Below, one piece after another: positions 37,199-46,720 of a DNA stretch of 64,000 bases. Every line of letters begins with the position of its first letter. The first letter of the stretch is position 1. The notes under the pieces were generated by a model, which saw nothing but the letters and a program-made list of their open reading frames with translations, did no database searches and was not told the origin of the DNA. The stretch is from an uncultured Candidatus Bathyarchaeia archaeon (GTDB lineage: Archaea > Thermoproteota > Bathyarchaeia > TCS64). Position numbers and translations under genes: made by a program. The stretch lies in contig CAZGZR010000001.1 of assembly GCA_964529745.1 (NCBI GenBank), positions 5,590-69,589 of the forward strand, read 5' to 3'.

Positions 37199-37486
37199 AT
37201 GGAGGATCTCCGCGGAAAGGCCCTCAAGGCTTATGATGCGCTCTTCAATTACCGACGGACCGTTGAGATCGATGGCAGGGTCTATCGCTTGGAGCATACT
37301 TCGGTCAAGGGGCTGCGTAGGTTCAGTGTGGGGGGTTATGATTTCATCGAGCAGAACCCGGACAAGGGCAGCAGGTGGGGTGAGATGGCGAGGGAGGGCC
37401 ACCGGATATTGTGGGTGATGAGGGGTGGTAGTTATCTGGCTCAGGTGCGTGACGGTGTGTTCCATGATTTCAGGGAACGGGGCTAG
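37199..37486 (+). CDS. small conserved hypothetical protein, duplicated family (copy 2)
   Basis: MEDLRGKALKAYDALFNYRRTVEIDGRVYRLEHTS...FIEQNPDKGSRWGEMAREGHRILWVMRGGSYLAQVRDGVFHDF. Confidence 0.5.
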   Translation: MEDLRGKALKAYDALFNYRRTVEIDGRVYRLEHTSVKGLRRFSVGGYDFIEQNPDKGSRWGEMAREGHRILWVMRGGSYLAQVRDGVFHDFRERG

Positions 37487-37505
37487 AGGCGAGTTTGCGT
37501 TTTTC

Positions 37506-37538
37506 CTTGTAACTGGTTACTTGTTACAAGCGTTTTTT
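37506..37538 (+). terminator. hairpin (stem CTTGTAAC/GTTACAAG, loop TGGTTACTT) followed by T6; start of repeat copy 2
   Basis: Identical loop to 23341-23373. Two compensatory base-pair changes in the stem. Confidence 0.45.
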
Positions 37539-37680
37539 CCGGGTTGGGTGGTTATTGGTTTTGTGTTGGTTTCATTGGTTTTTGGTTTGTTTATTGTGTT
37601 TTCCTTGGTTTTGTGGCTGGGTTTGGTTAAATTTTTTTCGTCATGATCTTTCCTTTTTTTAGCGGCAGTTGGATGTGTTT
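37539..37680 (+). repeat. G+T-rich repeat body, copy 2
   Basis: GT-rich 140 nt sharing motifs with 23374-23530. The only ORF across it is a hydrophobic low-complexity artefact. Confidence 0.4.
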
Positions 37681-37835
37681 GGTTGGGGGAGGCCCGGATG
37701 CCTGGCGGGGTGACGTGGGTGCTGGGTTTTCCTGGGAGGCTTGTCTGGTTTTGGAGAGAAGTTTATGCTTGTAGCTTGTCGTTTATCCATTCGACGTATC
37801 TTTCTGCGTCTCTGACGGCCGTGGCTGCCCCTTTT

Positions 37836-38165
37836 TTACTGATGAGCCGCTCCTCGTACTCGGAGGCGTTCTTTATGCCTAGCAGCCTGCTGAGCTGTCT
37901 GCTCTTGTTTCTCAGCTCGTTTTTTAGGGAGGTTTAGGGTTTGGAGCAGCGAGAGGGCGTCTTCGTGTCGTTGTCCCACGTGTCTTACGCCTATTATGAA
38001 TACGGTTAAGGCGTCTGTGGCGCTTTTTCCGCTGTGGACCGCGTTTATCGTGGCGGCGTTCCGCCGTCTGGCTTGCAGGGATTCTTTCGCAGTCTCCAGG
38101 TTTTCCCTTGCTTTCTGGAGGTAGTTGCGGTATAGCTCCTTGTTCACCTTCCTCGTCTTGGACAC
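37836..38165 (-). CDS. HEPN domain protein (putative toxin of HEPN/MNT pair)
   Basis: 109 aa. GVRHVGQRHEDAL contains the R-x4-6-H HEPN motif. Confidence 0.55.
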   Translation of the reverse strand: MSKTRKVNKELYRNYLQKARENLETAKESLQARRRNAATINAVHSGKSATDALTVFIIGVRHVGQRHEDALSLLQTLNLPKKRAEKQEQTAQQAARHKERLRVRGAAHQ

Positions 38166-38171
38166 GTCCTG

Positions 38172-38504
38172 TCACCGGTCTCTGCTGCAGATGGGGATGT
38201 TGTTTTCACGTATTTCTTTTACTAGCTGCTGATTGTCCATGTTTTCTTCTTCGGGGGTCAGTATGTAGGGGTTTATGGGGTTACCGTATTTTTTGCTGCA
38301 GTGTATCTGCAGCTCCGTGAGCCTTTCCTCTGTTTCCTCTCTTTCATGGGTTATTACGAGGAGGTCGATGTCGCTTCGCGGCTCTTCCCGGCCTGTGGCT
38401 ACGCTTCCGAATATCTTGGCTGACTCTACTGCGGGGAGGGGGCAGAGGCGCTGCTTGATGTCTTCTCGGAGTTTTTGGACGGTTTTTTCCTCGTAGTCGA
38501 ACAT
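38172..38504 (-). CDS. minimal nucleotidyltransferase (MNT, putative antitoxin)
   Basis: 110 aa. FGSVATGREEPRSDIDLLV (GS...DxD). Sits 6 nt upstream of the HEPN gene. Confidence 0.7.
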   Translation of the reverse strand: MFDYEEKTVQKLREDIKQRLCPLPAVESAKIFGSVATGREEPRSDIDLLVITHEREETEERLTELQIHCSKKYGNPINPYILTPEEENMDNQQLVKEIRENNIPICSRDR

Positions 38505-38887
38505 GTGTGAGAGCAGGGGTGCTAGGACGCTTTCCTGGTTCAGGTGTATCCCTGCCGGACTGCTTCACCCTGTCCCTGGCGAAGCGCCTGTCCGTGCCAT
38601 ACCTCTTCGCCGGAAGAGAGAGGGAGCTGCTGGCGGAGACGGAGAGAAAAGCCTTCGACGTCGAGATAGCGTACCTGGAGGACTACGTGACAGACTAGGA
38701 TCCGAGCCACGCGGTTCACGCCGGCTCAAGAACCTAAGCCTCACCAGACCGCATAAGGTCCACGGACCCGTCGTCACACAACACCAGCCCATCCACCCAC
38801 TACATCATCCTCCTCGCCCAGAAGACCCACAGACCCCAGATACGTGCACACATCCACATCACACATGCACTCGAAGCTGACACGTGC

Positions 38888-40519
38888 TCACATCTTTTTC
38901 CTTATCTCGATAGGCGCGAGGAAAAGAGAAACGACGGCGGCGCCTAACACAAAAAACCCCGAATACGATATGGATGTCCTCGTCGCCTCTACTATACCTT
39001 GACGGATGTCATCCTCTAGGATCAACGAAACGTTCACCGGTAGAGAATCGTAGAGCCGCTGCAGCTGCTTACTGTCCAGCCCGTTCTCGGAGAGGGTGCT
39101 CTCTACCCGAGACTTAACCTCATCGGGTATTCTAGGATCACTCTGTATCCTCACGCCTGCGCTGGTGAACATCGAACCCACGAGAATGGCCCCGAGTATA
39201 GCCACCCCTATGCTACCTCCCACCTGACGCATCGTCGCGCTGATGGCCGACGCCTCGCCTGCAACGTTTAGAGGCGCAGAGGATAATATGATGTTGTTTA
39301 GCTGGCTCGACCCTAAGCCGAACCCCAGCCCGAATAGAGAGAGAGCGGGAAAAAGATCGATGTAGGTAGCACCCACCGATATCGCGCCCCGCAAAACGAA
39401 GGTACCAAGAGCCAAAACGAATAGCCCAGATATGACCAGATACTTTACGTCAACCCTCTTTGAGATGAAACCCGAGAGAAGCCCGAACACGAGTATACCG
39501 ATCGAGGCTGGAAGAAAATACAGCCCAGTCTGGAACGCGTTCAAACCCAAGACGTTCTCAAAAAAAATGGGCAACATGAAGAAAGTACCAGACTGCCCAA
39601 AGGCCAGTATCGCCAAAATGGCTAAACCGATGCTGAACGCCCTTGATCGAAACATGCTCAACTCTAGGAGAGGAGAACGGCCTTCCTCTTCCAGCACAGA
39701 TTCATGGCGTATAAACGACCTGATCAACAGAACGGATAACGCGAAGAAAAAGGGTATAACGGAGACAGCATCCCACGGCCACCTGTAGGAGAGAAAAGTA
39801 AACTCCTGTTTAGGCCTAAACCAGCCGTAATTGTCACCCTCGATGAAGCCATATACTAGGAACAGCAGCCCCGACGAAGATAAAAGAGTCCCCACCCAAT
39901 CGAACCTCTTCTCCTTCTCACCACAGGACTCAACGATCAAAACAGAGCCCGCTAAAGCAGCCATGCCCACGAAAATGTTGATCCTGAAGGACCACCTCCA
40001 CGAGAAAGACGAGGTAAGGTACCCCCCAAGCAGAGGCCCCACCGTCGCCGAGGCACCGGCTATGGCGCCCCACACGCCGAAGGCTATGGCCCTCTCTTCG
40101 CCCTTGAAGGTGCCGTCGATCAGGCTCAGCGCGGAGGTCAACGTCATCGCCGCACCCACGGCCTGAATGAGGCTCCTACCGAGAAGAAGATGAAATATGC
40201 CGGTCGACTCTGAGCCGATGAATGACCCCATCATAAAAACGATGACGCCAGCGACGAAGACCTTTCTCCTGCCAACCAGGTCGCCTAACCGCCCCACCGT
40301 TATCAACACCGCGGATATGGTAAGCGAGTAGCCCGAGATCACGAACTCGAGGGAGCTCAGCTGGACCCCGAGGTCACTTATCATATAAGGTATCGAGACG
40401 TTCAGAATGGTGTTATCGATCACGACTATGGCCAAGCCCAGCGAGATAATGATTAAGGCATACCAGCGGTTCTCATATTTTGCGTACGAGGAGATGCCCA
40501 TGATCTCCTTACATGGCAC
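38888..40519 (-). CDS. MFS transporter (14-TM DHA2/EmrB-like)
   Basis: 543 aa. MFS signature GRLGDLVGRRKVFVAG. 14 predicted hydrophobic segments. Confidence 0.85.
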   Translation of the reverse strand: MPCKEIMGISSYAKYENRWYALIIISLGLAIVVIDNTILNVSIPYMISDLGVQLSSLEFVISGYSLTISAVLITVGRLGDLVGRRKVFVAGVIVFMMGSFIGSESTGIFHLLLGRSLIQAVGAAMTLTSALSLIDGTFKGEERAIAFGVWGAIAGASATVGPLLGGYLTSSFSWRWSFRINIFVGMAALAGSVLIVESCGEKEKRFDWVGTLLSSSGLLFLVYGFIEGDNYGWFRPKQEFTFLSYRWPWDAVSVIPFFFALSVLLIRSFIRHESVLEEEGRSPLLELSMFRSRAFSIGLAILAILAFGQSGTFFMLPIFFENVLGLNAFQTGLYFLPASIGILVFGLLSGFISKRVDVKYLVISGLFVLALGTFVLRGAISVGATYIDLFPALSLFGLGFGLGSSQLNNIILSSAPLNVAGEASAISATMRQVGGSIGVAILGAILVGSMFTSAGVRIQSDPRIPDEVKSRVESTLSENGLDSKQLQRLYDSLPVNVSLILEDDIRQGIVEATRTSISYSGFFVLGAAVVSLFLAPIEIRKKM

Positions 40520-40922
40520 ATTCTATATAAACCAAAAAATGGAGTCCCCCAGCCTTCGTCGATTAAAGCACCAACAGGATGCTCAGCCCCGCGAGAAATC
40601 ATACGCCGCCTCCAACCCCATCAAACAGGGAGAAAACCCCGAGGACCGGGAAACAGAGCTCCCGTCCATACCCGGGCTCCGAACCCCCTTTCAACCAAGT
40701 TTAAAAGACACGATCCACCCACCACGGGCTAACGTGGAGACCCAGAACATCACCGCGGCGAAGACCGCCTTCCTCTTCCCCGACGAGCTGGACATATAGA
40801 AGTCGTGGTCCCCAAGTTCCACGCCGAGAACTGGTTCAAATACATCTCAGACGAGCTGAAAAAGAAACCATAACCGATACGCACACACATAGTAATAATA
40901 ACTTTATAGTTTACCAAGACAC

Positions 40923-41429
40923 ATGGGTCGTCAACTAAACCAACTGAATGTGTACCTTCTCGTGGCGGCTCTGATAGTTGGCGGCGTCACCGGATACGTT
41001 CTCGGCATAAAACCCATTCAGGAGATGTCGACTAAGGTGAACCAGTTGGAGAACGAGTTAGCGTCATTGAAGGAGGAGTTCACCGCATACTCTGGGAGGG
41101 ACTGGCGTCTCGCCTTCAACTATGGCGAATCCTTCGGCCAGGACACCCACCAGGTAGTACGCAACTCTCTCGGGCCCTTCCATCTAAACGGTAACGAGGT
41201 CAGGTTCGTCTGGCTCTTCCAGTCTCAGAAACTCGATGATGGAGTCCCCGGGACCCTGGAGATCACACTGAGATACGCCAACGGCACCTCTGTCGGGCGA
41301 CGCACAACGTCCTCGGTCTTCTCAATCGGATCGGCGGACATGGACCTCCGCGCCGCAGGCAACTACACGATCGGGTTCATGGCCACGGGATGCGTTGACA
41401 CGTTCATATGGGTCTGGGACTACGGCTGA
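40923..41429 (+). CDS. membrane-anchored hypothetical protein
   Basis: 168 aa. N-terminal TM helix, a short coiled-coil (NQLENELASLKEEF), then a beta-rich domain. Confidence 0.4.
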   Translation: MGRQLNQLNVYLLVAALIVGGVTGYVLGIKPIQEMSTKVNQLENELASLKEEFTAYSGRDWRLAFNYGESFGQDTHQVVRNSLGPFHLNGNEVRFVWLFQSQKLDDGVPGTLEITLRYANGTSVGRRTTSSVFSIGSADMDLRAAGNYTIGFMATGCVDTFIWVWDYG

Positions 41430-41608
41430 CAACATCGCATGCGTACCTCAGAATCGTCTCAACGCACGCTGGCTGCGCACATAGTGTCAGGCTCTCATAC
41501 TGGACGCTGTGAGGAAAGGCATTAGCCTACCCCTCAAACACCACAGTTGCGCCCAATGCATCGTTCATGCAAAACCAATAAAAAGGAAACCCGGAATCCC
41601 GTTGTGGC

Positions 41609-42562
41609 ATGAACACCGAGGCAAACTACAAGACCCGGGACCTGGAACCCGGAAACCTGGCGCTGTTCTTCGTGACCGCGTTCGCCTGGACCTGGGCCTT
41701 CTGGTCACCCTTCATACTCGGCATACTCAGACTCCCAATGGGAACCGGCACACCCAACGTAGACCTCGGCGAGATGGGACTGATCCTGCCCATCATCCTC
41801 GTCAGCCCCTTCGGGCCAACCATCGCCGCCTTCGTGACCAGCTACCTGAGCGAAGGCAGGGAAGGCCCCCGCAGGCTCTGGAGACGATTCAGAGACTGTA
41901 AACCCTCGAAAACATGGCTCATCATAACCCTGGCCTTTTACCCAGCCATCTTCCTATTGATCAGGGTATCCTCGGCGACGATCTTCAACGTCCCCCAACC
42001 CACACCGGCATGGACAGACAACCCGCTAATCATACTCGCGCCCCTCGCCGCGAGCGTGCTCCACGGGGGCCTGAGCGAGGAGTTCGGCTGGAGAGGATAC
42101 GCCTTACCCAGACTCCAGTCCCGGCTCAACGCGACACAAGCCAGCATGGCCCTGGGCCTCATGGAGGGCCTATGGCACGTGCCCCTCGTCTTCTGGGTGG
42201 GCGACGCCCGCTACGGCATGTCGATCCCGTTGCTGATACTGTGGCAGACGATAGCGACGTTCTACAGGACCTGGATATACAACAACACCGAGGGAAGCCT
42301 CCTGGCCGCGGTGCTCTTCCACGCCATGGGTAACACGGCCAGCGACATCGCGCCAATCAACATTCCCTCCATCCCCTGGCTTCCCAGATACAAGTTCGTG
42401 CCTCTACCTCTGTTGATTGTGTTCAGCGCGATCGTCCTGGTGATCGTGGGTGTTTACGGGCCCGAGGACATGATAAGAAAAAATAAATCTGACTCAAAAG
42501 GCACAAAAGAGAACTACAACTCTGTTTTGTTGGTTCAGCTGATGGCGGCAAGAACCCCGTGA
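41609..42562 (+). CDS. CPBP family intramembrane metalloprotease (CAAX protease / Abi)
   Basis: 317 aa. Motifs EEFGWRGY, FxxxH (LWHVPLVF) and HAMGN. Confidence 0.75.
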   Translation: MNTEANYKTRDLEPGNLALFFVTAFAWTWAFWSPFILGILRLPMGTGTPNVDLGEMGLILPIILVSPFGPTIAAFVTSYLSEGREGPRRLWRRFRDCKPSKTWLIITLAFYPAIFLLIRVSSATIFNVPQPTPAWTDNPLIILAPLAASVLHGGLSEEFGWRGYALPRLQSRLNATQASMALGLMEGLWHVPLVFWVGDARYGMSIPLLILWQTIATFYRTWIYNNTEGSLLAAVLFHAMGNTASDIAPINIPSIPWLPRYKFVPLPLLIVFSAIVLVIVGVYGPEDMIRKNKSDSKGTKENYNSVLLVQLMAARTP

Positions 42563-42662
42563 AGACAAGGTTATAAGCCCCTGGATTAAATGGGTCCGAC
42601 GTTCGCAGAGCTACACCACGAGGTAAGCTCCACGACTCGCCTCCTGCAGTCGAGGCGTCTCC

Positions 42663-43205
42663 TCACCTGATGGACCTGACAGGTATCCTCAGCGTAACTG
42701 TATCATCACCGATATCCGCTTTCACATCTACATCCAGGATGTTCATCACCATGGCATCAAGGTAAGACCTAATAAACACACTCCACTTCCTGTCCAACAC
42801 GTGCCTAAGATGAAACATATGCTCACCGTTCATCTGATGATAATCGCACGCAAACCATCCATCATACCCCGCCATAACCTCCTCGATAAACCACTTGACA
42901 GACGGGAAATTCAGCTTCATCCCACGCATCAGCATATCAACCCTGGCACGGGTGCAACCCGCATGCTCACCCACCCCAGCCGCCTCCTCGTCACTCAACG
43001 CCATGAAGATCAATGAAATGGTTTTTCGATCGATGCAGAGCAGCTGAGAGCTGCTGTAGAACTTCCCATGGTATAAGTACTTATGGACCAAGTGATTTAT
43101 CAACGAGTTCACGCTCTGATTCAATGCCTTCGCTTCCTCTATCAGCATCTCGTTGATATTATCAGGAAACCTAAATGTCCTCGTGACATATTTGTCCGAT
43201 GACAC
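42663..43205 (-). CDS. hypothetical protein with N-terminal RHH-like segment
   Basis: 180 aa. VTRTFRFPDNINEMLIEEAKALNQSVNSLINHLV. AT-rich. Confidence 0.35.
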   Translation of the reverse strand: MSSDKYVTRTFRFPDNINEMLIEEAKALNQSVNSLINHLVHKYLYHGKFYSSSQLLCIDRKTISLIFMALSDEEAAGVGEHAGCTRARVDMLMRGMKLNFPSVKWFIEEVMAGYDGWFACDYHQMNGEHMFHLRHVLDRKWSVFIRSYLDAMVMNILDVDVKADIGDDTVTLRIPVRSIR

Positions 43206-43254
43206 ATCATTACAATATGATAAACTTAAATAAAAAAAGAACGACTGTTCTTAA

Positions 43255-43578
43255 TTGGAACCGACAATTGTTTATAAAACATATCTTACTACAACACTCA
43301 TGGACTCGGTGTTCTTAGAACTTATAAACGAAATTATTTGTTCTTACAGCGATGACGAGAACCTCAAGATCGTATCAGACTTCTGGAATAGCATCGAGCC
43401 CGCAATTGGAGACGATAACCGTACAGCGTTCCTCCTAGGAAGCGTCTACGGTCAATGCCTCTTCCTCTACAACAGCTACTACGACGACAGCAGGGACCCC
43501 GAAAACAGGAAAAAGTTCCAGCACCTCTTATCAAAGATAATCAAGGGAATGAAAGACAACTTCAACGAAACCCCATAA
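43255..43578 (+). CDS. hypothetical protein
   Basis: 107 aa, AT-rich, no motif. Confidence 0.3.
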   Translation: MEPTIVYKTYLTTTLMDSVFLELINEIICSYSDDENLKIVSDFWNSIEPAIGDDNRTAFLLGSVYGQCLFLYNSYYDDSRDPENRKKFQHLLSKIIKGMKDNFNETP

Positions 43579-44044
43579 ACGTCTCGTATCCGCGTATATC
43601 CAAGCCGCTAAACATCACAGACAAGACCCTACACACATGCATCGAGAGCGTAACGAGCATAACCGTAGTTTTTGTATCAACATGATGCACAACAATGCAT
43701 CACCCAATGTAAATACAAATGTATTAAAAACTCTATAAAAAAATGACGTTATTAACATGAATAGATGAATCTTCTTTGTTATTTTTTTAATATTAAGGAA
43801 AATAAAGGTAAAGCGGGTCATCTTCTTTTTGCGATGGCATATAACGCAATATTGGTTCGTAAAGAGGACGATTACCGTTAGATTGTGCGAAATAAGAACA
43901 TTTCCATATTCAATAATATAAAAAAGGCGAAATCAGTGTCCTAACCAGAGTCAAGTCTCCTCGAGACAACGGATCATGCTCTCATATGGTATTCATTGGC
44001 TTAGGAATTTCAATCAACCAATGCTTGGAGTGGAAGCATGACAG

Positions 44045-44533
44045 ATGATGGCGTTAAGTCGTTTATCAAAAAAAGAGAAAGCGTACATCGGTGTGGCGGA
44101 GCAGTGCACCCAGTGCGGTAAATGCTCCAGCGGGTGCCCAGCCGCCAGATACCTCGAGCTGAGGCCACGGAGGATCGCGTTGATGGCCCAGAGAGACCTC
44201 GTCGAGGAGCTTCTCGGCTCCGACATAATATGGATGTGTACCCAGTGTCATCAATGCATGGAACGCTGCCCACGGGAGATAACCCCCTACGACATCATCA
44301 TATACCTCCAGAACCTGTCGGTGCTAAAAGGCTACGACTACCCCAAGGATCTTGACATACTGTTCGCATCCATCAAGAGGTACGGAGCCATTCAGCTACC
44401 CCAGGAGATATTCGACAGGGAATTCGAGAACTACGAGAGGAGTGACCTTAACCTGCCCGACCTCGAAGGCCCAGCCGACATCGAGGGGTTCCTAAAGGGA
44501 TTGACCAAGGTTCTGGGGGAGTCGAGGCGTTGA
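44045..44533 (+). CDS. hdrC: heterodisulfide reductase subunit C
   Basis: Two ferredoxin-type motifs, CTQCGKCSSGCP and CTQCHQCMERCP. Confidence 0.85.
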   Translation: MMALSRLSKKEKAYIGVAEQCTQCGKCSSGCPAARYLELRPRRIALMAQRDLVEELLGSDIIWMCTQCHQCMERCPREITPYDIIIYLQNLSVLKGYDYPKDLDILFASIKRYGAIQLPQEIFDREFENYERSDLNLPDLEGPADIEGFLKGLTKVLGESRR

Positions 44534-45405
44534 GATACGCGCTGTTCCTAGGCTGCTGGATACACACCCAGCAGTACGGCTACGAGATGTCCACCAGAAG
44601 AACCCTGCCCAGGCTAGGGGTGGAGCTCCACGACCCCGAGGGCTTCAGCTGCTGCGGCTACCCCCTGAGGAGCTTCAACGACTCGGCGTGGTTCTACCTC
44701 TCGGCGAGAAACCTCGCGATAGCCGAGAGGGACGGCCTCGACATACTCCCACTCTGCAACGGCTGCTACGCTTCCCTGAACGAAGTGAAGCACTACCTAG
44801 ACTCCGACGAGGAGTTCAAAGACTACATCAACGAGGCTCTCAGCAACGAGGGCTTGGAGTATAGAGGAGGCAAAAGGGTCAGGCACATACTGGAGGTTCT
44901 TCACGAGGACATCGGAGTTGAAAGGATAGAAGGAGAGATAGAAAAGCCGTTATCGGGTCTAAGCTTCGCCACGCACTGCGGCTGCCACGCGTTGAGGCCC
45001 AGCGACTTCAAGTACACCGACGACCCCGAGGACCCTAGGCTGCTGGACGAGGTGACCCAGGCTCTGGGAGCCGAGACGCGCTACTACCCGGAGAAGATGG
45101 ACTGCTGCGGAGCGACCCTGGTACTAAGCAACTACGAGGCGGCTTTCAAGCTGACGGGCTACAAGATCCAAGCCATCCAGAGACGGGGCTTCGATGGACT
45201 CGTGACCAACTGCCCGTTCTGCCTCAAGATGTTCGACTCAAGGCAGGAAGCCGCTGGCAAGATCATACACGACGAGGGTCTGAGCCTCCCAGTCTTCTAC
45301 ATCACCCAGCTCCTGGGACTAGCCCTAGGCATGGACGCGTTCGAGCTGGGTCTCGATTTCAACATGAGTCCGGTTGATGAAGTGATCGATAAAATTGGAG
45401 GCTGA
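44530..45405 (+). CDS. hdrB: heterodisulfide reductase subunit B (two CCG Cys-rich domains)
   Basis: 291 aa. CCGYP and CCGATL cysteine-rich motifs. ATGA-type overlap with hdrC. Confidence 0.85.
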   Translation: MRYALFLGCWIHTQQYGYEMSTRRTLPRLGVELHDPEGFSCCGYPLRSFNDSAWFYLSARNLAIAERDGLDILPLCNGCYASLNEVKHYLDSDEEFKDYINEALSNEGLEYRGGKRVRHILEVLHEDIGVERIEGEIEKPLSGLSFATHCGCHALRPSDFKYTDDPEDPRLLDEVTQALGAETRYYPEKMDCCGATLVLSNYEAAFKLTGYKIQAIQRRGFDGLVTNCPFCLKMFDSRQEAAGKIIHDEGLSLPVFYITQLLGLALGMDAFELGLDFNMSPVDEVIDKIGG

Positions 45406-46720
45406 GGCGATGGAGTCATCCGTAGTAGTGATTGGCGGAGGAATAGCCGGAATCCAAGCCTCCCTTGACCTGGCAGACGGCGGCCACAAAGTGTACCTCG
45501 TTGAGAGGACGCCAAGCATAGGGGGCAAGATGGCGCTGCTTGACAAGACCTTCCCGACCCTCGACTGCGCCATCTGCATACTCGCGCCAAAGATGATCGA
45601 GGTATACAGGCATCCCAACATCAGGCTCCTCACCAACTCCACGGTAACCAAGGTCTCCGGGGAAGCCGGGAACTTCGCCGTGAAGGTGACAAGGAAACCC
45701 AGGTACGTTGACGAGGACAAGTGCATAGGCTGCGGCGTATGCGCCCAGAAGTGCCCCGTACGCGTGCCAGACGAGTACCAGATGGGGCTCAGCGACAGGA
45801 AAGCCATCTACCTGCCGTTCCCCCAGTCGGTGCCGCTCGTCTACAGCATCGACCCGGAGCACTGCCTCCACTTGACGCAGGGCGTCTGCGGAGCCTGCGA
45901 GAAGCTCTGCGAAGCAGGAGCCATAGACTACGACCAGAAAGAGGAGACCCTTGAGATAAATGCCTCAGGGATAGTCGTGGCCACGGGGCTTGAGCCCTTC
46001 GATCCCACCATCATCAACGAGTATGGGTACAGGAGGTACAGCGACGTCGTCACCGCCATGGAGTTCGAGCGCATGATAACGGCCACCGGCCCCACCGAGG
46101 GGGAGCTGCTCCGTCCTTCAAACAGCCAGCACCCACATAGCATCACCTTCATCCAGTGCGTCGGCTCCAGAAGCCTGCGTGAGGGATACCCCTACTGCTC
46201 CGCGGTGTGCTGCATGCACGCCACGAAAGAGGCGATGCTAGCGAAGGAGCACGCCCCGGACGTGGAGGCAACCATCTACTACACAGACCTCAGAGCCTTC
46301 GGGAAAGATTTCAGAGAGTTCATAGAGAGGGCGAAGAAAGAGTATGGAGTCAATTACGTCAGGGGTAAGCCGGGAGAGATCAGGGAAGACCCCGAGACCA
46401 AGACGCTTCAATTCTGGTACGAGGACACCCACACCGGCGACGTAAGGCTAGCAGAGACGGACATGATCGTGCTCTGCACGGCCCTCCGCCCGAGCCCTGG
46501 AAACAGGGATCTAGCCGAGACCCTGAAGGTTGATGTCGACGAGTACGGTTTCTTCACCCAGCCAAGGCCCCTCATGGAACCGGTTGGTACGACTCGTGGA
46601 GGCGTCTACGTCTGCGGATTCTGCCAAGGCCCGAAGGACATACCAGACTCCATCGCGGAGGCCAGCGGAGCGGCGTCCATGATATCGGTAATCGCTGCAA
46701 AGAGGAGGGCTGGAGGATGA
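45395..46720 (+). CDS. HdrA-like FAD-dependent oxidoreductase with inserted ferredoxin domain (lacks HdrA N-terminal domain)
   Basis: 441 aa. VVVIGGGIAGIQASLDLA FAD motif. CIGCGVCAQKCPV and CGACEKLCEAGAI [4Fe-4S] motifs. Confidence 0.75.
   Translation: MEAEAMESSVVVIGGGIAGIQASLDLADGGHKVYLVERTPSIGGKMALLDKTFPTLDCAICILAPKMIEVYRHPNIRLLTNSTVTKVSGEAGNFAVKVTRKPRYVDEDKCIGCGVCAQKCPVRVPDEYQMGLSDRKAIYLPFPQSVPLVYSIDPEHCLHLTQGVCGACEKLCEAGAIDYDQKEETLEINASGIVVATGLEPFDPTIINEYGYRRYSDVVTAMEFERMITATGPTEGELLRPSNSQHPHSITFIQCVGSRSLREGYPYCSAVCCMHATKEAMLAKEHAPDVEATIYYTDLRAFGKDFREFIERAKKEYGVNYVRGKPGEIREDPETKTLQFWYEDTHTGDVRLAETDMIVLCTALRPSPGNRDLAETLKVDVDEYGFFTQPRPLMEPVGTTRGGVYVCGFCQGPKDIPDSIAEASGAASMISVIAAKRRAGG

Noticed and set aside
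38507-38698. 63-aa plus-strand ORF after the MNT gene (…RLSVPYLFAGRERELLAETERKAFDVEIAYLEDYVTD)
   Set aside because: Possibly a remnant of a larger gene, but no start context or motif. Cannot be supported as a gene.
39432-40166. 118-aa and 111-aa ORFs antisense to the MFS transporter
   Set aside because: Contained within a strongly supported 14-TM transporter gene.
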